This document shows, in pieces, positions 25,521 through 35,449 of a stretch of DNA of 64,000 nt. The stretch's first letter is position 1. Each line of letters starts with the position of its first letter. The DNA is from an uncultured Oscillospiraceae bacterium (GTDB lineage: Bacteria; Bacillota; Clostridia; Oscillospirales; Acutalibacteraceae): positions 22,543 through 86,542 of the forward strand of contig UQZY01000002.1 in the NCBI GenBank assembly GCA_900545655.1. The letters run 5' to 3'. The translations under genes were made by a program, and so were the position numbers. The notes under the pieces were generated by a model, which searched no databases, was not told the DNA's origin, and saw nothing but the letters and a program-made list of their open reading frames with translations.

Positions 25521-26847
25521 GACACACAGCAGAGTGAAGTCGATTATTTCTCTTTTCATGGTTCTTGTTTTCGCAGTGGTCGGAATCGCCTCTGTTCCCG
25601 CGTATGCAAAGAAGTATGAGGAAACCGACCCTGAAATCATAGAGCTTAGAAAAGAAATAGAAGCTCTTAAAAACGACGCCGCAAAGGCGAGGGAGCAGCG
25701 TCAGAAGCTCGAAGGGGAAATTGACGATGTATCCGCCTCCGCAATGCAGGTTCAAAAAGAGGTTGACGCTCTTCAGGAGGAAGTTGACGTATATCAAAGT
25801 CAGATAAACGCACTCAATAAACAGATAAGACTCCTTGACAACCAGATTATCGGCATAGAAAAATCCATAAAGGAGACCGAGGAAAAGGTTGCCGAGCAGG
25901 AGAAGAAGATAAAGGAAACTCAGAAGCTTCTCGGGGAACGTATACGTGCCATGTATATGTCCGGAAATGTCTCCTCCGTTGAGCTTATCCTTGAAGCAAA
26001 CAGCTTTGAAAGCCTTCTTACAAGGCTTGAGCTTGTATCACAGGTGAGTAAGCACGATAACAAGATTGTCGATGATCTTAAAAGCGAGATAAAGGAGATG
26101 GAGGACTTAAAGACATCTCTTTTGAAGCAGAAGGATACCCTCACCGAGAACAAAAAGGAAATTGAAACATCAAAGGCGGATGTTGTCGCTTCTCAGAAAG
26201 AGATAAAGGCGCTGAAATCAACCGTTGACAAAAAACTTTCAAAGCTCGAAAACTACCTCAGCACCCTGAATAAACAGGATTCGCAGCTTGCAAAGCTCGA
26301 GCAGCAGGCCGAGGCACAGCAGGCGGCATACTCGTATAAGATTGACCAGATGCTTGCCGGAAAGGCTTCGCAGGGCAGCGGTTCGGCAAACCTTATCTGG
26401 CCGGTTCCGTATTCCAGCTCGTATATCAGCTCTGGTTACGGAAGAAGGTCCGGCGTAGGCGTCGGAGATTTCCACTACGGAATTGACATAACCATGCCGG
26501 GAGCCGAAAGCAACGACAAGAAAATAATTGCGGCCGGTGACGGCACGGTTCTTATCGCAAGCAGTATTTGCAGTCATAACTACAGGAAAAATTATAGCTG
26601 CGGCTGTAACTGGGGCTTTGGCGACTATGTTGTTATAGACCACGGCGATGGCGTGCGTGCTTACTATGCACATCTTTCGCATGTCAGCGTTACACAGGGT
26701 CAAACCGTTTCACAGGGACAGACGATAGGCTATATGGGATGTACCGGCTATTCGACCGGCTGGCATCTTCACTTTGAAATACGTGTCGGCAGCGGTTCTC
26801 AGAGCCAGACGGCGAGAAATCCGCTCAATTATGTAAGTAAGCCATAA
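25507..26847 (+). CDS. M23-family peptidoglycan DD-metalloendopeptidase with N-terminal coiled-coil (EnvC/PcsB-like FtsEX partner)
   Basis: Signal/TM then approx. 250 aa of coiled coil. C-terminal M23 motifs HYGIDIT and HLHFEIR. Confidence 0.8.
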   Translation: MTMNKTHSRVKSIISLFMVLVFAVVGIASVPAYAKKYEETDPEIIELRKEIEALKNDAAKAREQRQKLEGEIDDVSASAMQVQKEVDALQEEVDVYQSQINALNKQIRLLDNQIIGIEKSIKETEEKVAEQEKKIKETQKLLGERIRAMYMSGNVSSVELILEANSFESLLTRLELVSQVSKHDNKIVDDLKSEIKEMEDLKTSLLKQKDTLTENKKEIETSKADVVASQKEIKALKSTVDKKLSKLENYLSTLNKQDSQLAKLEQQAEAQQAAYSYKIDQMLAGKASQGSGSANLIWPVPYSSSYISSGYGRRSGVGVGDFHYGIDITMPGAESNDKKIIAAGDGTVLIASSICSHNYRKNYSCGCNWGFGDYVVIDHGDGVRAYYAHLSHVSVTQGQTVSQGQTIGYMGCTGYSTGWHLHFEIRVGSGSQSQTARNPLNYVSKP

Positions 26848-26859
26848 AGGAGACAGACG

Positions 26860-28059
26860 ATGAGTAAAAAAATCCCACTTGGAACAGGGCTCGCTGTACT
26901 CTTTATAGTTATGGCGGCAACAATAGCAATCACGATGAAGATTTCAATGAGCGTTTACAATAACCTCATAAGTGATCTTACAAGCCGTACGGCGATGTAT
27001 GACAACCTTGCGGAAATAGATGACCTCGTACGTGAAGACTTTTTCGGAAATATCGAGTCGGAAAGCATAAACTCGGGAATTGCGGACGGGTATATAAAGG
27101 GACTGGGAGACAGTGCATCGTTCTACCTTACACCGTCAGAATATGTCACCTACTATAACCGTCTTCTCGGCAAGATGTCCGGTACGGGAATCACCTGTAC
27201 CTTCAATGAAGACACGGGCAATCTGTATATCACGGCTGTGGCAAAAAATTCTCCTGCGGAGACAGCCGGAATAAAAGCCGGAGATGAAATAACGGAAATA
27301 GGAAATGAAGCTGTTACAAAGACGAATTATACATCGCTCATGTCAAAGCTTTACGGCGAAAAGATGAGCAGTGTAAAGGTTACGTATGTAAGAGAAAAGA
27401 CAACAAAGACCGAAAATCTTGTTATGGGTTACAGTGAAGCCACGGTTTCCTCGAGAAGCATCGGTACAATCGGAATAATCTCAATAAATGCTTTTTATGA
27501 AAACACGATTGCGCAGTTTAAGGACGCGGTTAACAGCCTCACAAAGGAGGGCTGCAAGTCCCTGATACTTGACGTGAGAAATTGTTCGGAGGGAAGTATT
27601 GATTACGCCGCAAAGGTGCTTGATATCCTCGTGCCTGTAGCGTCTGACGGCAGAGCTGCCATGGCTACTGCGGTTGACAAGAAAGGTAAGACAGTTAAGA
27701 CATTCCCGTCCGACTCGGACTGTATCGTTCTACCCATGCTTGTTCTCGTAAACGGAAACACCTCCGGTCCTGCAGAGCTTTTTGCATGTGACCTCAGAGA
27801 CTTCGGAAAAGCCGAGCTTATAGGAACAACCACAAAGGGTATCGGCTCCATGCAAGAGGTTCATCAGTTCTCCGACGGCAGCGCAGTAGTTCTCACGGTT
27901 GCCGAGATACTTCCTTATAAGAGTGATTCTTATAACGGAGTCGGACTGAAACCCGATCACGAGGTGAGTATGACTGCAGAGCAAACGGCACAGATAGGAA
28001 TCATGAAGGATACCGATGACGCACAGCTTCAGAAAGCACTTGAACTGCTTGCAGACTAA
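26860..28059 (+). CDS. S41-family C-terminal processing peptidase (CtpA-like, PDZ-containing)
   Basis: N-terminal TM anchor. PDZ block GIKAGDEITEIGNEAV. Catalytic region LILDVRNCSEGSI...VNGNTSGPAELFA with Ser/Lys dyad context. Confidence 0.8.
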   Translation: MSKKIPLGTGLAVLFIVMAATIAITMKISMSVYNNLISDLTSRTAMYDNLAEIDDLVREDFFGNIESESINSGIADGYIKGLGDSASFYLTPSEYVTYYNRLLGKMSGTGITCTFNEDTGNLYITAVAKNSPAETAGIKAGDEITEIGNEAVTKTNYTSLMSKLYGEKMSSVKVTYVREKTTKTENLVMGYSEATVSSRSIGTIGIISINAFYENTIAQFKDAVNSLTKEGCKSLILDVRNCSEGSIDYAAKVLDILVPVASDGRAAMATAVDKKGKTVKTFPSDSDCIVLPMLVLVNGNTSGPAELFACDLRDFGKAELIGTTTKGIGSMQEVHQFSDGSAVVLTVAEILPYKSDSYNGVGLKPDHEVSMTAEQTAQIGIMKDTDDAQLQKALELLAD

Positions 28060-28116
28060 GGAAACAGGTTTGCAGTTTAAAAAACTTGCTATTGTAGAAT
28101 AAAAAACATATAATAT

Positions 28117-28149
28117 AAGGTAGCACTCTCTGTGTGCTACCTTATTTTT
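28117..28149 (+). terminator. terminator after ctpA-like gene
   Basis: aaggtagcac-tctct-gtgctacctt followed by ATTTTTT. Confidence 0.6.
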
Positions 28150-28169
28150 TCGGAAGGGGTTAACCTATA

Positions 28170-30377
28170 ATGAAGTCTAACCGGATTTTAACTGTAATAA
28201 TGTCTTTGATTGTCATTTTGGCAATTGCCGTAACACCGCTGACGGTTGCTACCGCTGAAGGTGATCCAGACCCCTCGGGCTCGGATGTCTCGGGATCAGA
28301 TGTTTCCGGCTCGGATGTATCCGGTTCAGACGTTTCGGGCTCCGACGTATCAGGTTCGGATGCTTCCGGGACAACCACGACAACGAAAAAGACAACGACC
28401 ACAACAAAGAAAAATACCACAACTACTAAAAAGGTGACGACTACCAAAACTGCTACATCGACCAAGAGGCAGGCTGCTACGGGACAGTCCGCCCAGACAA
28501 AGCCTGCCACAAAATCCGCGGCAACAAAACCTGCGACAAATAAAAGCGTAAACACCAAGCCCGCGGCACCTGCTCCGACACAGACCTCCGCTGAGTCTGC
28601 GGGAAATAATGAGATACAGTCACTCAGCATAAAAACATCTGACGGAAAAGAACTTCTTAAAGCATTTTTACCGGATGTTCATACATATACGGTTACTGTT
28701 CCCGAGGGGACGAACACTCTTGATGTTACACCTGTTTATACGGAGCAGTCCAACGTGGAAATAAAGGGAGCCGATGACTTAAAGGCAAATAATTATACCG
28801 TGACAATAACGCTTACAAACCCGGACGGTACAAGCAGTGTTTATACCGTAAATGTTGAAGGCGCTGTTCCCGCAAGTCACGTAAGAGAAGATAACGAAGG
28901 CTTTATGAAGGTTGTTTTCGGTGTAATAATTGTCTCCGCAATTCTTCTTCTTGTGATTATTATTTTCGGTATAGTAAGTATCATAAAAAATAAAAAACTT
29001 TCAAATACAACGCCTTATACCTTCAACTTCGGAAGCGGGGAGGCATCGGACGAAGATTTTTCGGATAAGAAACCGACAAAAAGCTTCACAGGACTGGATT
29101 TCTCGTCTGCAAACGGCGGACTTAATTATGACTTCATTGAAAAGATGGCTGAAAATTATGAGCCGGTATCAACCAGCGGACCAATTACGGCACCGCGTGA
29201 AGAGACAAAGCCTCTTGTAGAAATGAATCCGAGTGTTGAAAAGGTTGAATTTGTTGCAAATGAGCCTGATATTCTTGTTCCTGAGCAAACGGGAATATTG
29301 ACTCCGGGTGCCGAAGCGCCTGAGGAGCTTCCAATTGAGTTCAGCGCACCTACACCGATAATAAATCCGTCTGAGGATAATGGTATTGAAAACGCAGTCT
29401 CTGCTCCTGCTTCGACAGTTGAGCCGACGCTTGAAGCTCCAGCTGAGACTATTCCGACAGTAGTGTTGCCTACAGAATTTGCACAGACTCTCGAAGAAAA
29501 TGCAGAGCCTGAGCCGACAGTTGAGGCAACGTTCCAGCCGACAATTGAGGTGCCTGCAGAATCGGAATCAATACCGGAAGCACCTGTTGAGCTCGGCACA
29601 TCTACACCGGTAATAAATTCGTCTGTGGATAATGATATTGAAACCGCAGGCTTTACTCCTATCCCGACAGAAATGCCTGCAGAATTTACGCAGACAGTCG
29701 AAGAAGATGTACATTCCGAGCCGATAGTTGAAGCACCCACCGAGTCAGAGCCAACTCTTGAAGCACCGATTCAGCCAACGGTTGAGGCACCTGCCGAGTC
29801 AGAGCCGACACTTGAAGCACCGATTCAGCCGACGGTAGAGGCACCTGCCGAGTCAGAACAAAATCCGTCGGAGGATCAGATACATCTCAATTTCGATTCA
29901 TCCATGTCCGGCTTTGTAAACGAGCCGGTACTTGACCTTCCGACCGAGCCGTTTGCGGACGCGTATGTTGAGGCTATTGAGCCGAATCCGACTAAAACTT
30001 CAATACCGGAGCAGGCTTCCGAACCGGAAACAATTTCCGAACAGGAGGTAACTCCTGAAACAGAGTCGATTTCCGAAGCAGAGCAGATTCCCGAGCAGCA
30101 GACGGCCTCTGAAACAGAATCAATATCCGGTGCTGAATCAGTTTCCGAGTCTGAATCGATTCCTGAGACTGGTACTGAGCCGGAGCATGCTTTTGAATCT
30201 GATACAAAGTCGGAGCCTGAATCTGGACAGGAACAGGACCCTGAACCGGAGCCTGACCCTGAACCGGAGCCTGAGCCAGAACCGGAGCCGCAGTTCCAGG
30301 ATTATACTTTCCAGCTTCCTTATGAGGCAGGAAAAACTCTCGGAAGAAATCCGTTTGAACAAAGTGCTGATGATTGA
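28170..30377 (+). CDS. repeat-rich single-pass membrane protein: signal peptide, (SGSDV)6, Thr/Lys-rich mucin-like linker, cadherin-like beta-sandwich domain, TM helix, approx. 430-aa acidic E/P/T-rich tail
   Basis: GAAGGGG RBS. Signal peptide MKSNRILTVIMSLIVILAIAVTPLTVATA. The cadherin-like (Big/Cadherin_3-type) segment is SLSIKTSDGKELLKAFLPDVHTYTVTVPEGTNTLDVTPVYTEQSNVEIKGADDLKANNYTVTITLTNPDGTSSVYTVNVE. TM helix VVFGVIIVSAILLLVIIIFGIVSII. The tail carries EPTLEAPIQPTVEAPAES x2 and PEPEPDPEPEPEPEPEP repeats. Confidence 0.6.
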   Translation: MKSNRILTVIMSLIVILAIAVTPLTVATAEGDPDPSGSDVSGSDVSGSDVSGSDVSGSDVSGSDASGTTTTTKKTTTTTKKNTTTTKKVTTTKTATSTKRQAATGQSAQTKPATKSAATKPATNKSVNTKPAAPAPTQTSAESAGNNEIQSLSIKTSDGKELLKAFLPDVHTYTVTVPEGTNTLDVTPVYTEQSNVEIKGADDLKANNYTVTITLTNPDGTSSVYTVNVEGAVPASHVREDNEGFMKVVFGVIIVSAILLLVIIIFGIVSIIKNKKLSNTTPYTFNFGSGEASDEDFSDKKPTKSFTGLDFSSANGGLNYDFIEKMAENYEPVSTSGPITAPREETKPLVEMNPSVEKVEFVANEPDILVPEQTGILTPGAEAPEELPIEFSAPTPIINPSEDNGIENAVSAPASTVEPTLEAPAETIPTVVLPTEFAQTLEENAEPEPTVEATFQPTIEVPAESESIPEAPVELGTSTPVINSSVDNDIETAGFTPIPTEMPAEFTQTVEEDVHSEPIVEAPTESEPTLEAPIQPTVEAPAESEPTLEAPIQPTVEAPAESEQNPSEDQIHLNFDSSMSGFVNEPVLDLPTEPFADAYVEAIEPNPTKTSIPEQASEPETISEQEVTPETESISEAEQIPEQQTASETESISGAESVSESESIPETGTEPEHAFESDTKSEPESGQEQDPEPEPDPEPEPEPEPEPQFQDYTFQLPYEAGKTLGRNPFEQSADD
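28275..28364 (+). repeat. 15-bp tandem repeat x6 (encodes SGSDV)
   Basis: Successive tcgggctcggatgtc-like units with synonymous wobble variation. Confidence 0.75.
29748..29855 (+). repeat. 54-bp tandem repeat x2 (encodes EPTLEAPIQPTVEAPAES), plus PEPEP-coding repeats at 30236-30291
   Basis: gagccaactcttgaagcaccgattcagccaacggttgaggcacctgccgagtca is repeated with 6 substitutions. Confidence 0.75.
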
Positions 30378-30388
30378 TAAAAAAACAA

Positions 30389-30414
30389 GCCCAAAGCCTT
30401 GGCTTTGGGCTTGA
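30389..30414. terminator. bidirectional terminator (palindrome)
   Basis: aagcccaaagcc-ttgg-ctttgggctt flanked by an A-run and a T-run. Lies between convergent genes. Confidence 0.65.
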
Positions 30415-30435
30415 AAATTATGTAATACATCACTT

Positions 30436-31155
30436 TTATCCGAGAAATGGATAATTGAGGACACTCATCGGTATGATAAGTCTGCTGCAGCAAACGGGGA
30501 AGTCATAACCGTTTAGGTTTACGGACTGTGTTACCTCTATGATGTTTTCATCATCTGCTTTTTGGAGGATTTCACTCTCGTACTCCGTGGGCCTGCGAAT
30601 GATGCTGTTTGTCTTTATCGAAGAAACGTCTCCGCCGAGCTCCTTGATGAGAGAATCGGTGAAGGACTTTCTGTCAACAGGTGAAACCTCAGCTCTTCGG
30701 AACAGCTTTTCAGGGATATAATTCGAGTCGATGACCAACGGCTTGCCTTCGATAAAACGGATTCGCTTTATTCCGCAAAGCTCGGTGCCTTTATCCCATA
30801 TTTCTGATAAAAAACCGTCCTTAACGGTCTCGTTGAATTCGTCTACGACTTTACCCGTATAGTTAAGATCCAGTTTGTTCATTATGAGTGAGATAGAGAG
30901 GAAGGGCATAAGCTCCGCATTTTTTTCGCGTTTGCAGACAAAGGTTCCGATTCCCTGCTTCTTGTAGATAACACCCTCGTCCTCAAGCTGTGAAAGTGCT
31001 GTTCTTACGGTTGCTCTTCCGACATTCAGGTCTTCCATCAGGCGGTACTCCGTAGGCAGCTGCGACCCCTCGGGATAATTGCCGGAAACAATGAGCTTCA
31101 TGATATAATTTTTTACGTAGCTGTAAAGTGTTGCTGAATTTTCTCTTCTTGACAT
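30436..31155 (-). CDS. GntR-family transcriptional regulator with UTRA effector domain
   Basis: wHTH block LPTEYRLMEDLNVGRATVRTALSQLEDEGVIYKKQGIGTFV. GGAGG RBS before ATG 31155. The longer ORF from 31203 is unlikely. Confidence 0.8.
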   Translation of the reverse strand: MSRRENSATLYSYVKNYIMKLIVSGNYPEGSQLPTEYRLMEDLNVGRATVRTALSQLEDEGVIYKKQGIGTFVCKREKNAELMPFLSISLIMNKLDLNYTGKVVDEFNETVKDGFLSEIWDKGTELCGIKRIRFIEGKPLVIDSNYIPEKLFRRAEVSPVDRKSFTDSLIKELGGDVSSIKTNSIIRRPTEYESEILQKADDENIIEVTQSVNLNGYDFPVCCSRLIIPMSVLNYPFLG

Positions 31156-31309
31156 TTTACTGCCTCCAATAAAACTATTTGCAATTTCACACCCTGTGTT
31201 CAATATACAATTATAGGTTTAAAGCAGTACGTGTCAATGGATTTGAGCGTGAATAAAAAACTTTGTTAATAGTGTAACAATCCGCTTGATTTTTTATACT
31301 TTATTTTAA

Positions 31310-31885
31310 TTATTTTGCCTCGGTTTTTTGCATTCCTTTTACAAAGCTGTCGGTTTTTCTTATAAACTCATCGATATCCAGTTCTTTATTTTTCAGGCCC
31401 TCCTGTACGATAAGACCGTCGGAAATAAGAAGGCACGCCCAGGCGATATAATCTGCGTTTTCATCTCCGATACGTTCCGCAATCTTCTTTGAAATAATTC
31501 TCTGGAACTTTTTGTATCTCTCCAAAAGCATTCCCGAAATCTCTTCGTTTCCGATGCATGCATTGTAAAGCAGGTGAATACGCGGTCCGGAGATGTTTAT
31601 ATTTCTTTCGATAACATATTTTATAAGTCTGTGGAGCGATGTATCCTTTCCCTTATCCTCGGTCCATTTTATAAGGTCATTCCATTGCTCGTCGAGATAC
31701 CTGTCGGTTATGTCGAGAAGAATGTCTTCCTTTACTTTATAATGATAATAAAGAGTGCCTTTTGAAATACCGGCTGCTTTCGCAATGGAAGCCAGTGAGA
31801 TGTCCGCAAGAGAATTTTCCTGCAAAAGCTCTTCAGTTGCATTCATGATTATGTCTTTAACATTTTCTTTTCTCGGTGCAGCCAT
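31310..31885 (-). CDS. TetR/AcrR-family transcriptional regulator
   Basis: HTH block LADISLASIAKAAGISKGTLYYHY. ATG 31885 with AAGGGAG upstream. Divergent from the glpA-like cluster. Confidence 0.8.
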   Translation of the reverse strand: MAAPRKENVKDIIMNATEELLQENSLADISLASIAKAAGISKGTLYYHYKVKEDILLDITDRYLDEQWNDLIKWTEDKGKDTSLHRLIKYVIERNINISGPRIHLLYNACIGNEEISGMLLERYKKFQRIISKKIAERIGDENADYIAWACLLISDGLIVQEGLKNKELDIDEFIRKTDSFVKGMQKTEAK

Positions 31886-32036
31886 TTTGTTATTTTCTCC
31901 CTTGTTGTTAATATGCACGAACATTGTATCAGTTTTATGTGTATAAGTCCAGTTGACAATGTCGAAATAAAGTTGTATAATAGCGGCAGAAAGTCGGTCG
32001 TTTGACCGACTGATTAAAGAAAAGGGTGTCATCAGA

Positions 32037-33767
32037 ATGAATATTGAAAAAATTCAGAACGAACTTTCTAAAAAGTATGGTGGCAGAGTAAAGGCAACAC
32101 TTGAGGGCGACATTATTCGTCTTACAGGAAGTCTTGACCGTTGGGAAGATGTTTTTGATGCGTGTGCAACGGCAGCACACAAGAACTCAAAGATTCATGT
32201 CGTAAATGACATCGAATTTACCGGCGCAGAGCTTCCGAAGATGAGAGTACCTTCGCTTAAGGACAATGAGCTTGAGGGAAAAACTCCTGATGTTCTTGTA
32301 ATAGGCGGCGGTATTTCGGGTTGTTCAATTGCTCGTGAACTTTCAAAGTGGGATCTCGACATAATGCTTGTTGAAAAAGAAGCGGATTTTGCTCTTCAGG
32401 CATCGGGAAGAAACGACGGAGAGGTTCACGTAGGCTTCGACCTTTCAAAGGGCTCACTCAAGCAAAAATATGTTTTGCTCGGAAATCATATGTTTGACAA
32501 GGTATGCGAGGATCTTGACGTACCGTTCAAGAGGATAGGACAGTATGCCTGCTTTACACAGAGCTGGCTCTTTATTCCGGTATTTTTCCTTTCTCTTTGG
32601 AGAAAGTATTATGACGGTGTATGGGATACACATTTCATTACAAGAAATAAACTCCTTTCATCACAGCCTACATTTGATAAGAATATGCGTTTTGCCGTTT
32701 ATAACAGTTCGGCAGGTGTTGTATGTCCTTACGGTCTTACAATTGCGTATGCCGAAAATGCCGCTGAAAACGGTGTAAATGCTTACCTTAATACTGCTGT
32801 TCTCTCCATGGATACGGATGAGAACGGAAACATAACGGCAGTTCATACAAACCGCGGTACGGTTTATCCGAAGGTTATTGTAAATGCTGCAGGCGTATTT
32901 GCAGATGATGTTGCAGAGATGGCACATGACCGTTTTTACTCCATTCATCCGAGACGCGGAACAAACTCAATCCAGGACAGAAAGTCCGCAGGTATTATCA
33001 ATACTATCGCTTCCGTTCAGCATATCAAGCTCGAAAAAACTAAGAGCCATACAAAGGGCGGCGGACTTATTCACACGGTACATGACAACATACTGGCAGG
33101 ACCGGATGCTGTTGAGTGCTTTGAGAAAGAGGATACATCGACAAGGCCTGAGAGTATAAAGACTGTTTACGACAAGCAGAAGGGAACCGTTCCGGCTGCA
33201 AGCGAGAGGGATATCATCACATACTTCACAGGTGTACGTGCTCCGACTTTTGAAGAGGACTTCGTTATCGAGTGGGGAAGAAAGTGTCCGAATATGCTTC
33301 ATTGCGGCGGTATCCAGTCACCGGGTCTTACGGCGGCTCCCGCGTTTGCTCTCGACATCGAGAAGATGATTGTTGATAAGCTCGGCGGAGAGGGAAAGGT
33401 TGCACGTAATAAGGACTTCAATCCGGTAAGACACGGCGTTCCCGTTCTCAATAAGATGTCTCCTGAGGAGCGTGCAAAGATGATAGCCGAAAATCCTGAT
33501 TACGGCGTTATCATTTGCCGTTGTGAGGAGATTTCCAAGGGTGAAATCATTGATGCTCTTAACCGTCCTCTATGCCCGCCGACGGTTGACGCTATAAAGA
33601 AGCGTATCCGTCCGGGAATGGGACGTTGCCAGGGTGGCTTCTGTATGCCGCTCATAACAAAGATTATCGCAGAGCATGAAAATCTTAAGCTTTCAGACGT
33701 TAAAAAGTCTTCTGCAGAGTCCGTAATTGTTTACGGCGAAACAAAGGGAGGTGCCGCAAATGATTAA
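32037..33767 (+). CDS. FAD-dependent oxidoreductase, anaerobic glycerol-3-phosphate dehydrogenase GlpA-like with C-terminal BFD-like [2Fe-2S] domain
   Basis: DVLVIGGGISGCSIARELSKWDLDIMLVEKEADFALQASGRNDGEVH (DAO-family FAD site). C-terminal CRCEEISKGEIIDAL...GMGRCQGGFC. Has an approx. 80-aa N-terminal extension. Confidence 0.75.
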   Translation: MNIEKIQNELSKKYGGRVKATLEGDIIRLTGSLDRWEDVFDACATAAHKNSKIHVVNDIEFTGAELPKMRVPSLKDNELEGKTPDVLVIGGGISGCSIARELSKWDLDIMLVEKEADFALQASGRNDGEVHVGFDLSKGSLKQKYVLLGNHMFDKVCEDLDVPFKRIGQYACFTQSWLFIPVFFLSLWRKYYDGVWDTHFITRNKLLSSQPTFDKNMRFAVYNSSAGVVCPYGLTIAYAENAAENGVNAYLNTAVLSMDTDENGNITAVHTNRGTVYPKVIVNAAGVFADDVAEMAHDRFYSIHPRRGTNSIQDRKSAGIINTIASVQHIKLEKTKSHTKGGGLIHTVHDNILAGPDAVECFEKEDTSTRPESIKTVYDKQKGTVPAASERDIITYFTGVRAPTFEEDFVIEWGRKCPNMLHCGGIQSPGLTAAPAFALDIEKMIVDKLGGEGKVARNKDFNPVRHGVPVLNKMSPEERAKMIAENPDYGVIICRCEEISKGEIIDALNRPLCPPTVDAIKKRIRPGMGRCQGGFCMPLITKIIAEHENLKLSDVKKSSAESVIVYGETKGGAAND

Positions 33768-35019
33768 GACAGATGTTTTGGTTATAGGTGGCGGCCCCGC
33801 AGGTCTTGCGGCAGCCATTTCGGCTCACAAAAACGGTGCGGACGTCATCCTTATCGAGCGTGAGGCACGCCTCGGCGGAATACTTAAGCAGTGCATACAT
33901 GACGGATTCGGACTTGTTCGTTTTAAAGAAAAGCTTTCAGGTCCCGAGTACGCCGAGCGCTTCATAGACGAGTTCCATGAACTCGACATAAAGTCAATGC
34001 TCCTTACATTCGTTACGGATGTTAAGAAGCTTGACGACGGAACATTCAAGACTACGGTTGTGAGCCGTGAGGGCGTTACGGATATTATGTCCAAGTCACT
34101 CATACTTGCAACAGGTTGCCGTGAGCGTACAAGCAAGCAGGTTTTCATACACGGTACGAGACCTGCGGGCGTATTTACGGCAGGCACGGCACAGCACTTT
34201 ACCAACCTGCTCGGTGAGCTTCCCACGAAGAAGTGCGTTATTCTCGGATCGGGTGATATCGGCCTTATCATGGCGCGTCGTCTGACTCTTGAAGGCGCAA
34301 AGGTTCTCGGTGTTTATGAGGTTAAGCCTACACCGTCAGGTCTTACAAGAAATATACATCAGTGTCTCCACGACTTTGATATCCCGCTTCATCTTTCACA
34401 TACCGTTACACGTGTATTCGGTGAGGACAGACTTACAGCGGTTGAGATTGCACAGGTTGATGATAAGATGAGACCTATAAAGGGTACAGAGGAAATCATC
34501 GAATGTGATGCACTTATCCTTTCGGTTGGACTTATTCCGGAGAATGAGATTGCGGAAAATCTCGGAGTAAAGCTTGACCCGAGAACAAAGGGTCCGCGTT
34601 GTGACGCAAGTCTTATGACAACGGTACCGGGAATTTTCTCATGCGGTAACGCACTTCACGTAAACGACCTTGTTGACTATGTATCTGAGAGCGGAGAAAC
34701 AGCCGGTAAAGCTGCCGCAACATATTCGGGAGCAGAGAGAAAGGTTGTAAGTGTTGAGCCGGGAGATAAGATCCTTTACATCGTTCCGCAGAGCTTAGAC
34801 ACTCTTGCAGACAATTCAAAAACGGTTGTTTACTTCAGAAGCCGTGACGTTTATGATAATAGTATGTTCAGAGTAACAGTTGACGGAAAAACGGTATTTG
34901 AGAAAAAGTATGCGTTCCTTCGTCCGCCGGAGATGGAAAAAGTTATAGTTGACTTTGCATCCTGCGGTGTTACCGAAAACAGCGTTATTAAGGCAGAAGT
35001 TGAGGTGATAGACAAATGA
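33760..35019 (+). CDS. NAD(P)/FAD-dependent pyridine nucleotide-disulfide oxidoreductase-like protein (GlpA-cluster subunit)
   Basis: Two Rossmann motifs, VLVIGGGPAGLAAA and VILGSGDIGLIMARRL. GGAGG RBS before ATG 33760. Confidence 0.75.
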   Translation: MIKTDVLVIGGGPAGLAAAISAHKNGADVILIEREARLGGILKQCIHDGFGLVRFKEKLSGPEYAERFIDEFHELDIKSMLLTFVTDVKKLDDGTFKTTVVSREGVTDIMSKSLILATGCRERTSKQVFIHGTRPAGVFTAGTAQHFTNLLGELPTKKCVILGSGDIGLIMARRLTLEGAKVLGVYEVKPTPSGLTRNIHQCLHDFDIPLHLSHTVTRVFGEDRLTAVEIAQVDDKMRPIKGTEEIIECDALILSVGLIPENEIAENLGVKLDPRTKGPRCDASLMTTVPGIFSCGNALHVNDLVDYVSESGETAGKAAATYSGAERKVVSVEPGDKILYIVPQSLDTLADNSKTVVYFRSRDVYDNSMFRVTVDGKTVFEKKYAFLRPPEMEKVIVDFASCGVTENSVIKAEVEVIDK

Positions 35020-35384
35020 GTAAGAGCACAATAGTTTGCATCAACTGCCCTCGTGGTTGTACAATGGAGGTTGAACAGAACGGTGACGAGATAAAGGTTG
35101 CCGGAAACTTCTGTAAACGCGGTGAGCAGTTTGCACAAAACGAGCTTACGAATCCTATGAGAACAATTTGCTCAACAGTTCGTACTACATTTGCAGATGC
35201 ACCGGTTATTCCGTGCAGAGTTTCATGCGACATACCGAAGAATAAGATATTCGACGTTATGGCTGAAATAAATAAGGCAGTCGTTGACAAGCCGATACAC
35301 AGAGGAGACGTTATCATCTCTCATGTGCTCGGACTTGAGGCTGACGTAATTGCAACCTCGGATCTTCTTTCCGAGCTCGCATAA
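35016..35384 (+). CDS. DUF1667 domain protein (Cys-rich small subunit of the GlpA-like trio)
   Basis: CINCPRGC...CKRGEQFAQNE...CRVSC. Start overlaps the upstream stop (ATGA). Confidence 0.75.
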   Translation: MSKSTIVCINCPRGCTMEVEQNGDEIKVAGNFCKRGEQFAQNELTNPMRTICSTVRTTFADAPVIPCRVSCDIPKNKIFDVMAEINKAVVDKPIHRGDVIISHVLGLEADVIATSDLLSELA

Positions 35385-35449
35385 TTAGATTTTATAAGTA
35401 AAAGAACAAATTAAAAAATGACAAAACAAAAGAAAAAGGAGTTTTGACT

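Noticed and set aside
28084-28112. TTGCTA-17-TATAAT promoter-like sequence before the 28170 gene
   Set aside because: The predicted TSS falls at the first base of the ctpA terminator hairpin (28117-28149), so transcripts would terminate at once. It is probably coincidental AT-rich sequence, with a small chance it is an attenuator.
28160-28630. 156-aa minus-strand ORF with VVVVFF and SEPETSEP repeats
   Set aside because: It is the reverse-frame reading of the SGSDV and Thr/Lys-codon repeats of the 28170 gene.
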